A stretch of 64,000 bases of DNA from a virus. How positions within the stretch are numbered: the first letter of the stretch is position 1; each line of letters opens with the position of its first letter. This document shows, in pieces, positions 39,035 to 48,279 of this stretch. The notes under the pieces are model-generated. The model worked only from the letters and a program-made list of their open reading frames with translations. It made no database searches and had not been told where the DNA came from. A program made the translations under genes and the position numbers. The DNA lies in the IMG/VR virus record IMGVR_UViG_3300046744_000223, positions 32,001 through 96,000 of that record; one strand, written 5' to 3'.

Positions 39035-39108
39035 TGAACCCGACAGGATTCGAACCTGTGACCGTCTGCTTAGAAGGCAGATGCTCTATCCAACTGAGCT
39101 ACGAGTCC
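39035..39108 (-). tRNA. tRNA-Arg(TCT)
   Basis: GGACTCG TA GCTC AGTTGGATA GAGC A TCTGC CTTCTAA GCAGA...ACAGG TTCGAAT CCTGT CGGGTTC A. Confidence 0.96.
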
Positions 39109-39115
39109 CCTTTAA

Positions 39116-39490
39116 TTAATATTCGTATTCTCCATGGGCCAATGCTTGAAATCCACCGGTCTTTGTCCACTCTTCATTTGGTACACCTACTTGTAGTGAT
39201 TCATCACACCCCTTAGTACGAGAATCGAAGAACTCATTCTCAACATAAGCCTCTTCCATACATAATTCATAGACCGCATCCTCACCATAGGCTTCAATGT
39301 TGGTTTTGTTATCATAGAATTCGTACTCATTCCACACTTCGTTTTGTAGATAGTTTACCAATTCTTGCTCTGAATCACCTTCATATGGTGGTTCACATTT
39401 TCTTAACGCTTCTACGTTAACTTCAATAGGTTCACTTGCAGATGAGATTGTCCAAGTCTCTACTTTACGGACATAAATCTTTTCAGACAT
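39116..39490 (-). CDS. Hypothetical acidic protein
   Basis: ORF track. Confidence 0.6.
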   Translation of the reverse strand: MSEKIYVRKVETWTISSASEPIEVNVEALRKCEPPYEGDSEQELVNYLQNEVWNEYEFYDNKTNIEAYGEDAVYELCMEEAYVENEFFDSRTKGCDESLQVGVPNEEWTKTGGFQALAHGEYEY

Positions 39491-39493
39491 AAC

Positions 39494-39811
39494 TTAATAT
39501 TTAGATATTTGATTTTCTATTTCATGCACCAACCCACTATTACTAATATGTGGTATCACTTTTTCCAAAAGTTCTTTCATAAAATCTTTAGATTTCTTTT
39601 TTGAAATTTGTTGATTAGTATGTTCTACTTGATACAAGTGATATGCCATCTCATCAATTGACTTTAACTTGTTGTAGTACTTATCCAATCGTTGGTCTAA
39701 CTTACGACTACGACTCAAATCAGTTACAGTTGGTATTGCTTTATGTAGTTCATCAATACGACCTTTGAGGTATTGAATCTCTAATAGTTTGTGTAGTTCT
39801 TGTTCATTCAT
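39494..39811 (-). CDS. Hypothetical protein
   Basis: ORF track. Confidence 0.6.
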   Translation of the reverse strand: MNEQELHKLLEIQYLKGRIDELHKAIPTVTDLSRSRKLDQRLDKYYNKLKSIDEMAYHLYQVEHTNQQISKKKSKDFMKELLEKVIPHISNSGLVHEIENQISKY

Positions 39812-39814
39812 AAT

Positions 39815-40570
39815 TTAATAATCTATACCTTCAATTGGTTCGGTTAATGAGTTGCCGGCTGATTCAAATCGAGTTTGACCAACTAAACTCACCTTGTGTG
39901 CGATAGCGTTCATATTACGTTTAAACATAGTACGCATATCTTGTCTTGGGTGATAGGTGTATGTAGATGGTAAGAATTCATCTGATACTATTATATTATT
40001 TTTTAATGTATCTAAATTATATTCTATAATCTTACGTAGTCCTTCACGTGTAATTACATATGAATGTGTGTTATATGAATAACCAGGACTTACCCAATTG
40101 GCCAACCCCACATTACTATCACTAACCCCATCCATATTAGGTACTAACGTTCTTGATAAGAAAGCTAAATCCCAATCATAGTCTTGGAGTTCATCAAATG
40201 ATTCCCATGGAAACTCCGTAATGGGTTCGAAGTCATCTTCTAATATCAGTATAGTTTCATGTCCGTTCTTATATGCATCTTCCCATACTCTTATATGAGA
40301 ACACATACCACCAGCTTCACCAACAGTAACATTTCTATTGTAAAATAAATTACCATTTGATTCAGAATTAGCAACCCAATCTTTATAGAAACTCACACCA
40401 TGACTATCTCTAAGTTCATCGGTAGATAATTCTTCACGACCATTTACACCATCAATTATATGGTACGTTGTGTGATTAGGTAAGGATAACGCGTTCAATC
40501 TTTTTAAGATACTATTATAATTATCAGCGGATTGGTCAATTGTAATTATATAGACTTTATCTATCGTCAT
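39815..40570 (-). CDS. Glycosyltransferase family 25
   Basis: KVYII, IDGVNG, GEAGGMCSHIRVW, LILEDDF, THSYVITREG; likely start ATG 40570. Confidence 0.85.
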   Translation of the reverse strand: MTIDKVYIITIDQSADNYNSILKRLNALSLPNHTTYHIIDGVNGREELSTDELRDSHGVSFYKDWVANSESNGNLFYNRNVTVGEAGGMCSHIRVWEDAYKNGHETILILEDDFEPITEFPWESFDELQDYDWDLAFLSRTLVPNMDGVSDSNVGLANWVSPGYSYNTHSYVITREGLRKIIEYNLDTLKNNIIVSDEFLPSTYTYHPRQDMRTMFKRNMNAIAHKVSLVGQTRFESAGNSLTEPIEGIDY

Positions 40571-40734
40571 ACTATCCACACTTTTTAACTGAGTACAATT
40601 TATCAAAAACCTCTAATTCCAATAACTTACCTTTGGCAAATAAACTTCGTGCTTCTTCTAATGAGGATGCGTCACACGTATAAATTGATTCTTTAGTCGA
40701 ATCGTTAATTGAATAAAATGAATACTTACTCATA

Positions 40735-41064
40735 TTAGTTTTTCTTTTTAAGTTCAGTTATTAAATCAATGACAAAATCACCAGCATATGTTTTACCACC
40801 AACGTTCCAATCAGAGTTCATAGTAGTAGTGTATTCGGTATCATACGTCTTCCAATCGTAGATAGTAAATATTTCACCATCTGAGGTACGTTGGAATACC
40901 CATTCTTTTTGAATCTTACCATCACCACTTTCGTTTGAGAATGTTGGGTCACCAAAGGTGGCAACGAGTTGTTTGTAGTTCCAACCAATTAATCGGTCCT
41001 TTAGAGAAGTGTTACCAACTAATTTAAGTGCTGATTTTTCATTTGTGATTTTATTATATTTCAT
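40735..41064 (-). CDS. Hypothetical phage protein
   Basis: Y.QLV.TFG.P, DGK..KEW, FTIYDWK, WNVGG; under a TTAACA-repeat promoter. Confidence 0.65.
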   Translation of the reverse strand: MKYNKITNEKSALKLVGNTSLKDRLIGWNYKQLVATFGDPTFSNESGDGKIQKEWVFQRTSDGEIFTIYDWKTYDTEYTTTMNSDWNVGGKTYAGDFVIDLITELKKKN

Positions 41065-41124
41065 ATTTCTCCAATGTTTATCCCTACCAATATACGAATA
41101 ATATTTTAAACTGCAAAATTAGAT

Positions 41125-41141
41125 TGTTACTAAATTGTTAA
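41125..41141 (-). promoter_or_regulatory. TTAACA-N5-GTAACA box
   Basis: 7 bp upstream of -33 TTTG. Confidence 0.65.
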
Positions 41142-41677
41142 AGTTTTATAGCGTACCAATTACGTTCATCAATCTCCACGTGATACCCATTGACTTTTAA
41201 TAACTCCATTATATCAGCTTCCCATCCATTTAAAACAAGATGTTCGGATTCAAACTTTATGTATTTAGGTTTACATCGGTGCCATGGGAACATACGTAGT
41301 ACTTCACCATCATAACCCTCAGTATCTATTTTTAGATAATCAATTTCATCAATATTGGTTAATTTAAACAATGTATCAAAGCACATGGTTCTAACCTCAA
41401 TCGGTATAGTAAGATTTACATTAGAGTTTTCGAGTAAGGTACTCATACCTTTGAAGTCTGAATCTTTTTCTATAACCTCATCGCTAGCCATATACATAGT
41501 AGCCAACCCATCAGTTGGGTATATTGCTGCATTTACATAGTGTATGTTTTCTTCGAACTTTATATTGTTAAAGTATTTTGGTATAGGTTCCATGACCACA
41601 CCATGCCAACCATGGAACGACATATATGATAGTGTATCAAAATCACATGAACCTATTTCTAAAAAAGTCTTAGTCAT
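41138..41677 (-). CDS. FkbM-family methyltransferase
   Basis: FLEIGS, GW.GVVMEP, IDYLKIDTEGYD. Confidence 0.88.
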   Translation of the reverse strand: MTKTFLEIGSCDFDTLSYMSFHGWHGVVMEPIPKYFNNIKFEENIHYVNAAIYPTDGLATMYMASDEVIEKDSDFKGMSTLLENSNVNLTIPIEVRTMCFDTLFKLTNIDEIDYLKIDTEGYDGEVLRMFPWHRCKPKYIKFESEHLVLNGWEADIMELLKVNGYHVEIDERNWYAIKL

Positions 41678-41915
41678 CTTTTTTCGTAAATGATTTTATA
41701 AAATTATACCAGAATATGGTAGAGTAAACTGGCCAACCACAAAGTATAACCACTCGTTCAAGATTGCTCAAACCAACTGTACCTCGTATCTCAGATACTT
41801 TATTGGTAAAGAAATCAATTATAGCTAAATTGATAACACCAACTATGACATACCATTTTAATAAACTAAGAAACATATGTACTATTGTATATAGACTCCC
41901 AATTCTCTTTTTCAA
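41670..41915 (-). CDS. Small membrane protein
   Basis: Two hydrophobic segments; start may be 41876. Confidence 0.5.
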   Translation of the reverse strand: MKKRIGSLYTIVHMFLSLLKWYVIVGVINLAIIDFFTNKVSEIRGTVGLSNLERVVILCGWPVYSTIFWYNFIKSFTKKDD

Positions 41916-42180
41916 TTATATCAACCTGCTCCCATTCGGAATCCCAATCAATTCCAAATATGTTAGATTGTTGTTGGTGTTCAGTGAACTCATTTAAGTA
42001 ATTCGTATTATTGTACCATTCACGTAACACTTCCTCAAGACTACCATAATCATCTACTACCTCATCTACATTATTATATCCATAGTCCATATAATACGAC
42101 ATAAGTTGTGACTCGGTTGGTCTTATAAGTTCAGCTTTACGAACTTTAACAACAGCATAGTATTTCTTTTCGCTAGTCAT
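41866..42180 (-). CDS. Hypothetical protein
   Basis: ORF track. Confidence 0.55.
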   Translation of the reverse strand: MTSEKKYYAVVKVRKAELIRPTESQLMSYYMDYGYNNVDEVVDDYGSLEEVLREWYNNTNYLNEFTEHQQQSNIFGIDWDSEWEQVDIIEKENWESIYNSTYVS

Positions 42181-42376
42181 GAGTTATTTCTTTATTCAGT
42201 ATCTCTTCTTGCCAAGGTTGTAGTTTAGGTAATTCAGCTGAGTTCGTTGGTGTATCAACCCATCCGTTTTCTTCCAACAACACTTCGGCTATAATTTCTT
42301 GATTTTCATCATCTACTATAAACAAGTCAATGTTATCTCTATCCAATAGAGACTTTCTATAACCAAATTCTTCCAT
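42173..42376 (-). CDS. Hypothetical acidic protein
   Basis: ORF track. Confidence 0.5.
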   Translation of the reverse strand: MEEFGYRKSLLDRDNIDLFIVDDENQEIIAEVLLEENGWVDTPTNSAELPKLQPWQEEILNKEITHD

Positions 42377-42653
42377 TTGCTTTTCTTTAGTTATTACAAC
42401 TATCTTTATAATCTAAATACATTTGATATCCTCCTATCAAACCAATTGTAATCATCGGGATAAATATTGCGTATTCTAACATCTTATTTACAAAATTCTA
42501 AGTATCCTTGATGGTATGCATCAACTCTACTTAATTTATGATTCGCTTCCATTTCCTTTTTAGCCCATTCCATTACCTCATCCCTCATACCATGGGCGTG
42601 GGCCTCGATTAAGATTTCTTCAATTTCTTGTTCGTGTGTCATATCTATTTTAC

Positions 42654-43532
42654 TTAATTACTTAATGGAGCTTTAATAGGTGGATGTGATTCATATCCGA
42701 TAACTTCATAATCGAACTCACCATTTAGAATATCTACATTACTCAACTTTAACTTTGGTATACTCATATCATCTCTTTGAATTAAAGTCTTAGCGGCATC
42801 TATATGATTTTTATATAAATGTACATCCCCAAGATTACCAATCAAATCACCTGGCTTGTATCCAGTCTCTTCACATAGTAGTAGGAGTAATGTGCCATAT
42901 GATGCAATGTTGAATGGTAGACCGAGGAATGTATCCACACTTCTCTGATTCCACATCAAGGATAGTTTACCTTCTGATACATAACATTGGAATCCATAAT
43001 GACAAGGTGGAAGAATCACATCATCCAACTCACCTACGTTCCAAGCAGAAACCATATGTCTACGAGAATTAGGATTTGTTTTTAGGTTGTGTATCAACTC
43101 TTTAATTTGGTCTTTACCATTCCAATCTCTCCATTGCTTTCCATAGATAGGACCTAACTCACCCCACTTCATAGCAAATTCATCATCGGTTTTGATTCGT
43201 TCAATAAACTCATCCATAGTATCAGGCCAATTACCTTTATACTCATTAGTTTTACTAATATAGTTTTTGAAAGCATCACCATTCCAAATGTTACATCCGT
43301 TGTCCACCAAGTACTTGATGTTGGTATCTCCTTTTAAGAACCACTTCAATTCAGTCATCATTGTTTTGACTGCCATCTTCTTTGTGGTTAGGAGTGGGAA
43401 TCCATTACACATACAATATCTAATTTGTTCACCAAATATAGATATGGTACCAGTGCCAGTTCTATCATCACGTTCAATACCATCATACATGATATCAACT
43501 AAAAGGTTTTTATAAGTAGTGTCTATACTCAT
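42654..43532 (-). CDS. thyA: Thymidylate synthase
   Basis: DRTGTGT, FPLLTTKK, ELKWFL, LGPIYGKQWR, SRR, LPPCH, QRSVD, GLPFNIASY, HLY. Confidence 0.97.
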   Translation of the reverse strand: MSIDTTYKNLLVDIMYDGIERDDRTGTGTISIFGEQIRYCMCNGFPLLTTKKMAVKTMMTELKWFLKGDTNIKYLVDNGCNIWNGDAFKNYISKTNEYKGNWPDTMDEFIERIKTDDEFAMKWGELGPIYGKQWRDWNGKDQIKELIHNLKTNPNSRRHMVSAWNVGELDDVILPPCHYGFQCYVSEGKLSLMWNQRSVDTFLGLPFNIASYGTLLLLLCEETGYKPGDLIGNLGDVHLYKNHIDAAKTLIQRDDMSIPKLKLSNVDILNGEFDYEVIGYESHPPIKAPLSN

Positions 43533-43756
43533 CTCTCTTTGGTGTTAAAGAATTCAGATAAGTCATCATATAAAGATATAATTTTATTATCATTTAGTTC
43601 ACTAACTTTCTTCATTAATGAAGCTCTTAACATCTCTGTTTCTTCCTCTTTCTTAAGCATTGATTCAATCTTCTGCTCAATCATTTGTGGTGTGTCTAAA
43701 TCCATTGGTAGGGTTGCTCTAACCCATTCCAATAGTTCTTGCATTGGTGTTTTCAT
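43529..43756 (-). CDS. Hypothetical protein
   Basis: ORF track. Confidence 0.55.
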   Translation of the reverse strand: MKTPMQELLEWVRATLPMDLDTPQMIEQKIESMLKKEEETEMLRASLMKKVSELNDNKIISLYDDLSEFFNTKER

Positions 43757-43762
43757 CTCTTG

Positions 43763-43984
43763 TTATTCGAAATTTAATCCGTTTTCAAACATAATCTCTC
43801 TGAGTTGGTCTCTTACCTCTTGTAATAGTTTAAGGTCCTCAAAGCTTCTATCATCACTATATTTGAGTTCATTACGAAGGTATTGGTCCATCTCCCAAAG
43901 AGCCGATTGTGCTTTAGTACCATTGACTGCTAAGTCAAAGTCGTGTTGGTCTTCTGGTAAGTTAAACTCTAATGTTGCTTTCAT
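43763..43984 (-). CDS. Hypothetical phage protein
   Basis: MKATLEFNLPED...ALWEMDQYLR..LKY, a small-family motif. Confidence 0.65.
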   Translation of the reverse strand: MKATLEFNLPEDQHDFDLAVNGTKAQSALWEMDQYLRNELKYSDDRSFEDLKLLQEVRDQLREIMFENGLNFE

Positions 43985-44391
43985 TTCTCTACAACTATTT
44001 CGTACCCATCTTCATTGGGGATGAATCCATTTACTTTACCTTCCATGCCAAATAAAGACATATCTACTCCATTACCAATGTATGGACCACCACTTGGGTC
44101 TACCATTGTAATGGTATTCCAATCAGAGTATACCAACTCACCATATGATTGACCGATACGACTTGGAGAAACATAGTCACCATTCTCATCTCTAATTATG
44201 TCGTGTACTTCATTAATGAATTCCTTCATAGATAGTGTACCACCATCCCTCTTGTATTCATTGTATGCATCATTATACACATTAGCGACTCCAAAACGAC
44301 AATGTTTGAAGTTACCACTCCATTGGATGTTACCTTTCTCATTGTATTCAAATGTGAATACATCATTGTATCGGTTGATAAACTCTTTCAT
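43981..44391 (-). CDS. Hypothetical protein
   Basis: NRYND..TF and VDPSGGPYI motifs; start moved to 44391 after the promoter. Confidence 0.6.
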   Translation of the reverse strand: MKEFINRYNDVFTFEYNEKGNIQWSGNFKHCRFGVANVYNDAYNEYKRDGGTLSMKEFINEVHDIIRDENGDYVSPSRIGQSYGELVYSDWNTITMVDPSGGPYIGNGVDMSLFGMEGKVNGFIPNEDGYEIVVEK

Positions 44392-44596
44392 AATATTACA
44401 ATATACAAAATTATTTTGACATTTCCAAATTATTTCTTCGGAATCCGATTGGTGGTTTCTCTTCACCTACCAATTCAACCTTACGATTTCTAATAAACAT
44501 AGTAGTAGCTTGTAGAGTCTCGACATCAGTCTCAGTCTTTACCCATTCCATAAACCACTTTGTTAACAATTTCTTCTTTAACTTGTTCATAACTTT

Positions 44597-44929
44597 TTAT
44601 TTTAGATATAAAGGACCATAAGGACCATACATTGCACTTCCTTCAATTACATTACCACGAGAATGTTTTGCAGCAGCCGACCAACCGGCAGGTTTCATCA
44701 AGTCACCTTTCTTTAGTTGGACACCCTTGTGTACAAATGGGATACGAGCAATGAACCCCCATACCGAAGTTCCTACGATAACCTTGTAGAACTTAGACCC
44801 CTTATTGATTTTGATTTCGGGAGTCGAAACGTAATTATACTTTTTGTAATGCTCAGTCAATTGGTTAACTAACTGATTCTCAAACTCTTCAATCGAGTTT
44901 ACTGGTTTGGTGTTTTCAAATACTGACAT
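44597..44929 (-). CDS. Hypothetical phage protein
   Basis: GSKFYKV, SVWGFI, GDLMKPAGWSAAAKHSRGN. Confidence 0.7.
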   Translation of the reverse strand: MSVFENTKPVNSIEEFENQLVNQLTEHYKKYNYVSTPEIKINKGSKFYKVIVGTSVWGFIARIPFVHKGVQLKKGDLMKPAGWSAAAKHSRGNVIEGSAMYGPYGPLYLK

Positions 44930-44933
44930 AACT

Positions 44934-45146
44934 TTATTTATTCAATTTAGAACTCAACTCAACATTCAACCGAGTTTCATACTTCAAATCTTCTTGAAGT
45001 TCCATCATTTGTATGATAAGGGCTTGAATACTCTTCTCTTTATTGTTTAACATTGAAATCTTTTCTTCCAATGCCAGTTCCATCTTATAAACTTTGTTCA
45101 TAAGTTTGATTGATTGCTTTAGGGTAAGTTGTTTAATATTCTTCAT
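44934..45146 (-). CDS. Hypothetical coiled-coil protein
   Basis: ATG follows GAGAGAT leader and a TTAACA-repeat promoter. Confidence 0.55.
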   Translation of the reverse strand: MKNIKQLTLKQSIKLMNKVYKMELALEEKISMLNNKEKSIQALIIQMMELQEDLKYETRLNVELSSKLNK

Positions 45147-45204
45147 ATCTCTCATTATTACATAGTAAATATAAGGAGAAATGTCGTGATTACCAAACGA
45201 TGTA

Positions 45205-45221
45205 TGTTAAATAAATGTTAA
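45205..45221 (-). promoter_or_regulatory. TTAACA-N5-TTAACA box
   Basis: 7 bp upstream of -33 TTTG. Confidence 0.7.
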
Positions 45222-45225
45222 ATGT

Positions 45226-45753
45226 TTAGTCGAGGTGAATTCCCCAAGAGTATCCGATAAATAGAAACTTACGTTTCAATCCATATTGTAAGTGTACTCC
45301 GATATCAAGATGAGCAGGGGATGCGTCTATGGCTCTATAATAATTTGACATCTTAATCATAGAATCATCATCAGCGTATCCGTATTGTAAAATACCTCTA
45401 TAACGTTTGAATTGATGAGCGTATCCAACTGAATAGTAAAATTCTTTATATCGTGGTGTTCCTTTATATCCAATCGGTTCTTCCATATTGTTTACCAACC
45501 AAGCTAGTGTACCAGCTCGTTGTTGGACAGTTTGATTAAAACCAATATCAATCTTGGTAGGTAGGTCTAACATACCTAACTCAAAGTATAACCCACTACG
45601 TAGTGCCACACCCACTTGTGTGTATGGGTATGTGAAGTTATGGTCGGTGTAAACCCCGTGTTCGATTGATTTGATTTGGTTGACATAACTTTGAGATTTC
45701 ATAGAGAAGGGAATACACAACACAAGTAGAGTTATGTATAGTAATCGTTTCAC
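45226..45753 (-). CDS. Secreted/outer-membrane beta-rich protein
   Basis: Signal peptide MKRLLYITLLVLCIPFSMKSQ; alternating aromatic beta strands. Confidence 0.55.
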   Translation of the reverse strand: MKRLLYITLLVLCIPFSMKSQSYVNQIKSIEHGVYTDHNFTYPYTQVGVALRSGLYFELGMLDLPTKIDIGFNQTVQQRAGTLAWLVNNMEEPIGYKGTPRYKEFYYSVGYAHQFKRYRGILQYGYADDDSMIKMSNYYRAIDASPAHLDIGVHLQYGLKRKFLFIGYSWGIHLD

Positions 45754-45933
45754 TTATATAAATATAATGTGATTCGAAGATACCCTCAGTTTCTAACCAA
45801 AACTTTGTTCACTTATTTCGTTTACGTTTTATATACTTCCTTAGATTGGATATTAGATGAATAGCACTATAACCAAATAACGTAAGTTCCATTATCATAG
45901 TTAACCCACGAAGGGTGTTATCTAAAATGTATA

Positions 45934-46155
45934 TCAGAACGCCTCGTCCCACGATGCCGGTATTAGTGGTTTGATAACTCGGCCGGGATGGTCGTGGTGT
46001 TCGTCTTCAATAACTTTGGTTGTTTTCTTTTTACGAGGAGTCCGCTCACGTAACATCTCAGGACGATTCTCTTGAACCCACCTTATATACCATGGGGCAA
46101 TTCGTCTAACTTCGTCTACCGAGTAACCTTGGTATTTTCCACTCCTAAAAATCAT
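45934..46155 (-). CDS. Hypothetical protein (exodeoxyribonuclease X C-terminal-like motif)
   Basis: F.SGKYQG....V....PWYIRWV. Confidence 0.55.
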   Translation of the reverse strand: MIFRSGKYQGYSVDEVRRIAPWYIRWVQENRPEMLRERTPRKKKTTKVIEDEHHDHPGRVIKPLIPASWDEAF

Positions 46156-46272
46156 AACAACGTGTGTTTAAAATAAATTTTCATTTATTGCCCCTATCGC
46201 TTATTTGCCCTATACCCATCTAACAATAGATTCCAATACTCAACTAATAACTTTTTAATTCTTTTCATAACT

Positions 46273-46524
46273 TTAAAATGGTAAATTATCTATGGTGATT
46301 GCATGCCACTCATCATACAACGCTTTAAGGTATGAACGTGTTCGTGAATGTAATGGAGAAGGTTCATACAATGTAGCAGTACCATAGGGTAGGATTAACT
46401 CATACCACTCCATAGTACCATTTCGTATATACTCCAACGAAACCTTACCATCCTTGGTATGGATTATCATTGGGTCTTTACCCTTAACCATTCTCTCCAA
46501 TGCTTGCCATTCTTGTGAGGTCAT
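46273..46524 (-). CDS. Hypothetical protein, paralogue of 46556..46807
   Basis: Shared MT.....AL..M ... EL..P...TL ... YL..LY.EW. Confidence 0.6.
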   Translation of the reverse strand: MTSQEWQALERMVKGKDPMIIHTKDGKVSLEYIRNGTMEWYELILPYGTATLYEPSPLHSRTRSYLKALYDEWHAITIDNLPF

Positions 46525-46555
46525 AAAAAAAGTGATGTAAAATTAAATTAGTAAA

Positions 46556-46807
46556 CTATTCTCTATTCTCTATATAGGTATTCCATTCATTATATAGAAC
46601 ACGAAGATAATTTAAGTCATATCCAGTAACACGTTTACCCCTCCGTAAGGTTACATAGTGTGTAGGGTACTCTAACTCGTAAGAGTCATTCGATAACCTA
46701 TTGACTCGAACCCTTCCAATGTCCAAGTCACAAGCCCACCAAGTAGTTCTTCTGAACATAGAACTCGATGTCATCTTCTTTAAAGCGTTCAATTGTTTAT
46801 CAGTCAT
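46556..46807 (-). CDS. Hypothetical protein, paralogue of 46273..46524
   Basis: Start moved to MTDKQ (ATGA overlap with an upstream 54-aa ORF). Confidence 0.6.
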   Translation of the reverse strand: MTDKQLNALKKMTSSSMFRRTTWWACDLDIGRVRVNRLSNDSYELEYPTHYVTLRRGKRVTGYDLNYLRVLYNEWNTYIENRE

Positions 46808-46991
46808 AGATACCCATATATAACTCTCTATCATACGTAGACACACGATAGGTTTGTAGTAAAACGCCTGAGACCTTAGTAACCTTCCATCCTAATCGTT
46901 CCATTCTAACTCTGAACAACCACGAAAAAAACACAGGCACCTTATAATACTTCCAATACTTCATAATCCAAAATTATTTAACAACCTCTAA

Positions 46992-47273
46992 TTACCAATT
47001 TGTTTTACCTGTTTCACTATATGATTTCTTCATTAAGATTCCACTCGTTGCGTACAACATAGATAGTAATTCTTTTCTATCCATACCCTCTAACCTTTCG
47101 ATTACCTCAGTCCCAAATACAACCTTCTTTAGTTCTTCACAATATCTCATAGTTCTCAACTTCGCTCTTGGGGTTTTGGCCATTGCCACTCTGATAGATG
47201 AGTGAAGTAAAACTAACTCTTCCTTTGGAAGTTCAGCGGCCGAACTCTTAAAACTTTCTTTATTATAAATCAT
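46992..47273 (-). CDS. Hypothetical protein
   Basis: Promoter at about 47320-47352. Confidence 0.55.
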   Translation of the reverse strand: MIYNKESFKSSAAELPKEELVLLHSSIRVAMAKTPRAKLRTMRYCEELKKVVFGTEVIERLEGMDRKELLSMLYATSGILMKKSYSETGKTNW

Positions 47274-47639
47274 ATCTTACTTTTTAATTGATGAGGTTAA
47301 CTCTAACCCCTTTTACTATGTAAAGATACGAAACTCGTTCCACTCTACCAAACAATACCTCTGAAAGTATCACCAAGTTATTAACAAGTATTACCCATAT
47401 ATTAACATTAGGTATTTTATTATCACCTCACTTTGGTGAATCCAAGCGTGGAGGGGACTTTATTTCCAGCCAAAAAAACCAGGCTCGATAGGAAAACCGA
47501 CCCCAGCCCCATAAAACAGCTCCATCTTTTTAGGGTTACGTTAAAATGCCCCCACCCCCCACACGAGTATCTTTCATCACCTATAATGGTTTACGGGGGT
47601 GGAACGGCTTAGATTAACTTAATTAGAGGTCTCTTCTCT

Positions 47640-47843
47640 TTATATCTGAAAGGTGGGAGCACCATTCACGCCTGGGGTGAAGGGTTGTTGATTCTCTACT
47701 ACGTACTGACGAGAAACGAAGTGGTTCATCTTCTTCATACAATACTCTACCTCTACCCAATTGTTTTGACTAATGGCATATTGTAGTTTACCATTCCAAT
47801 ACTGAATCTTTGGGATATACCCATTAGGATACTCTCTTCTCAT
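47640..47843 (-). CDS. Hypothetical protein
   Basis: ORF track. Confidence 0.55.
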   Translation of the reverse strand: MRREYPNGYIPKIQYWNGKLQYAISQNNWVEVEYCMKKMNHFVSRQYVVENQQPFTPGVNGAPTFQI

Positions 47844-47885
47844 ATACTATGTATTTAGCTATTAATTATTTACTTCACTTTTATT

Positions 47886-47981
47886 TCACGAACACAGGCA
47901 AGTGCCCCACGGGGTTTCTTCTGATATAGTGGAGTAACACTCACATAGGTCACACCAATAAACTTGCTCTTGTATATCCAT
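47886..47981 (-). CDS. Cys-rich microprotein (31 aa)
   Basis: MDIQEQVYWCDLCECYSTISEETPWGTCLCS; preceded by GAGAGAT leader and a TTAACA-repeat promoter. Confidence 0.5.
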   Translation of the reverse strand: MDIQEQVYWCDLCECYSTISEETPWGTCLCS

Positions 47982-48068
47982 ATCTCTCACTTTGAATTGG
48001 GAGAGGAATACCCCCTCACTCCTACCCTACTAATATAACACAATAAGTTGGGATTGCCAAACTATATA

Positions 48069-48085
48069 TGTTAATTAATTGTTAA
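48069..48085 (-). promoter_or_regulatory. TTAACA-N5-TTAACA box
   Basis: 7 bp upstream of -33 TTTG. Confidence 0.7.
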
Positions 48086-48096
48086 AGTTATTAACA

Positions 48097-48279
48097 TTAC
48101 ATCTTCAATATTAGCTCTTTACCATCATCAGAGAACTCACTATCCTCAGCTTCCTTACGAAACCTCCAATAGAGATACCCTATACACGTGTCTATCTCCT
48201 CATCAGTAATAGATGACTCCTTAGTAAATGAAACACTCTTTAATCTTGAATTGTATTTAACCTTTATATCTTTTAACAT
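48097..48279 (-). CDS. Hypothetical protein
   Basis: ATG 4 nt after a -7-like element. Confidence 0.5.
   Translation of the reverse strand: MLKDIKVKYNSRLKSVSFTKESSITDEEIDTCIGYLYWRFRKEAEDSEFSDDGKELILKM

Noticed and set aside
43170-43290. Insertion in ThyA as an intein or intron
   Set aside because: It is a short in-frame insertion at the known variable small-domain position, with no splicing motifs.
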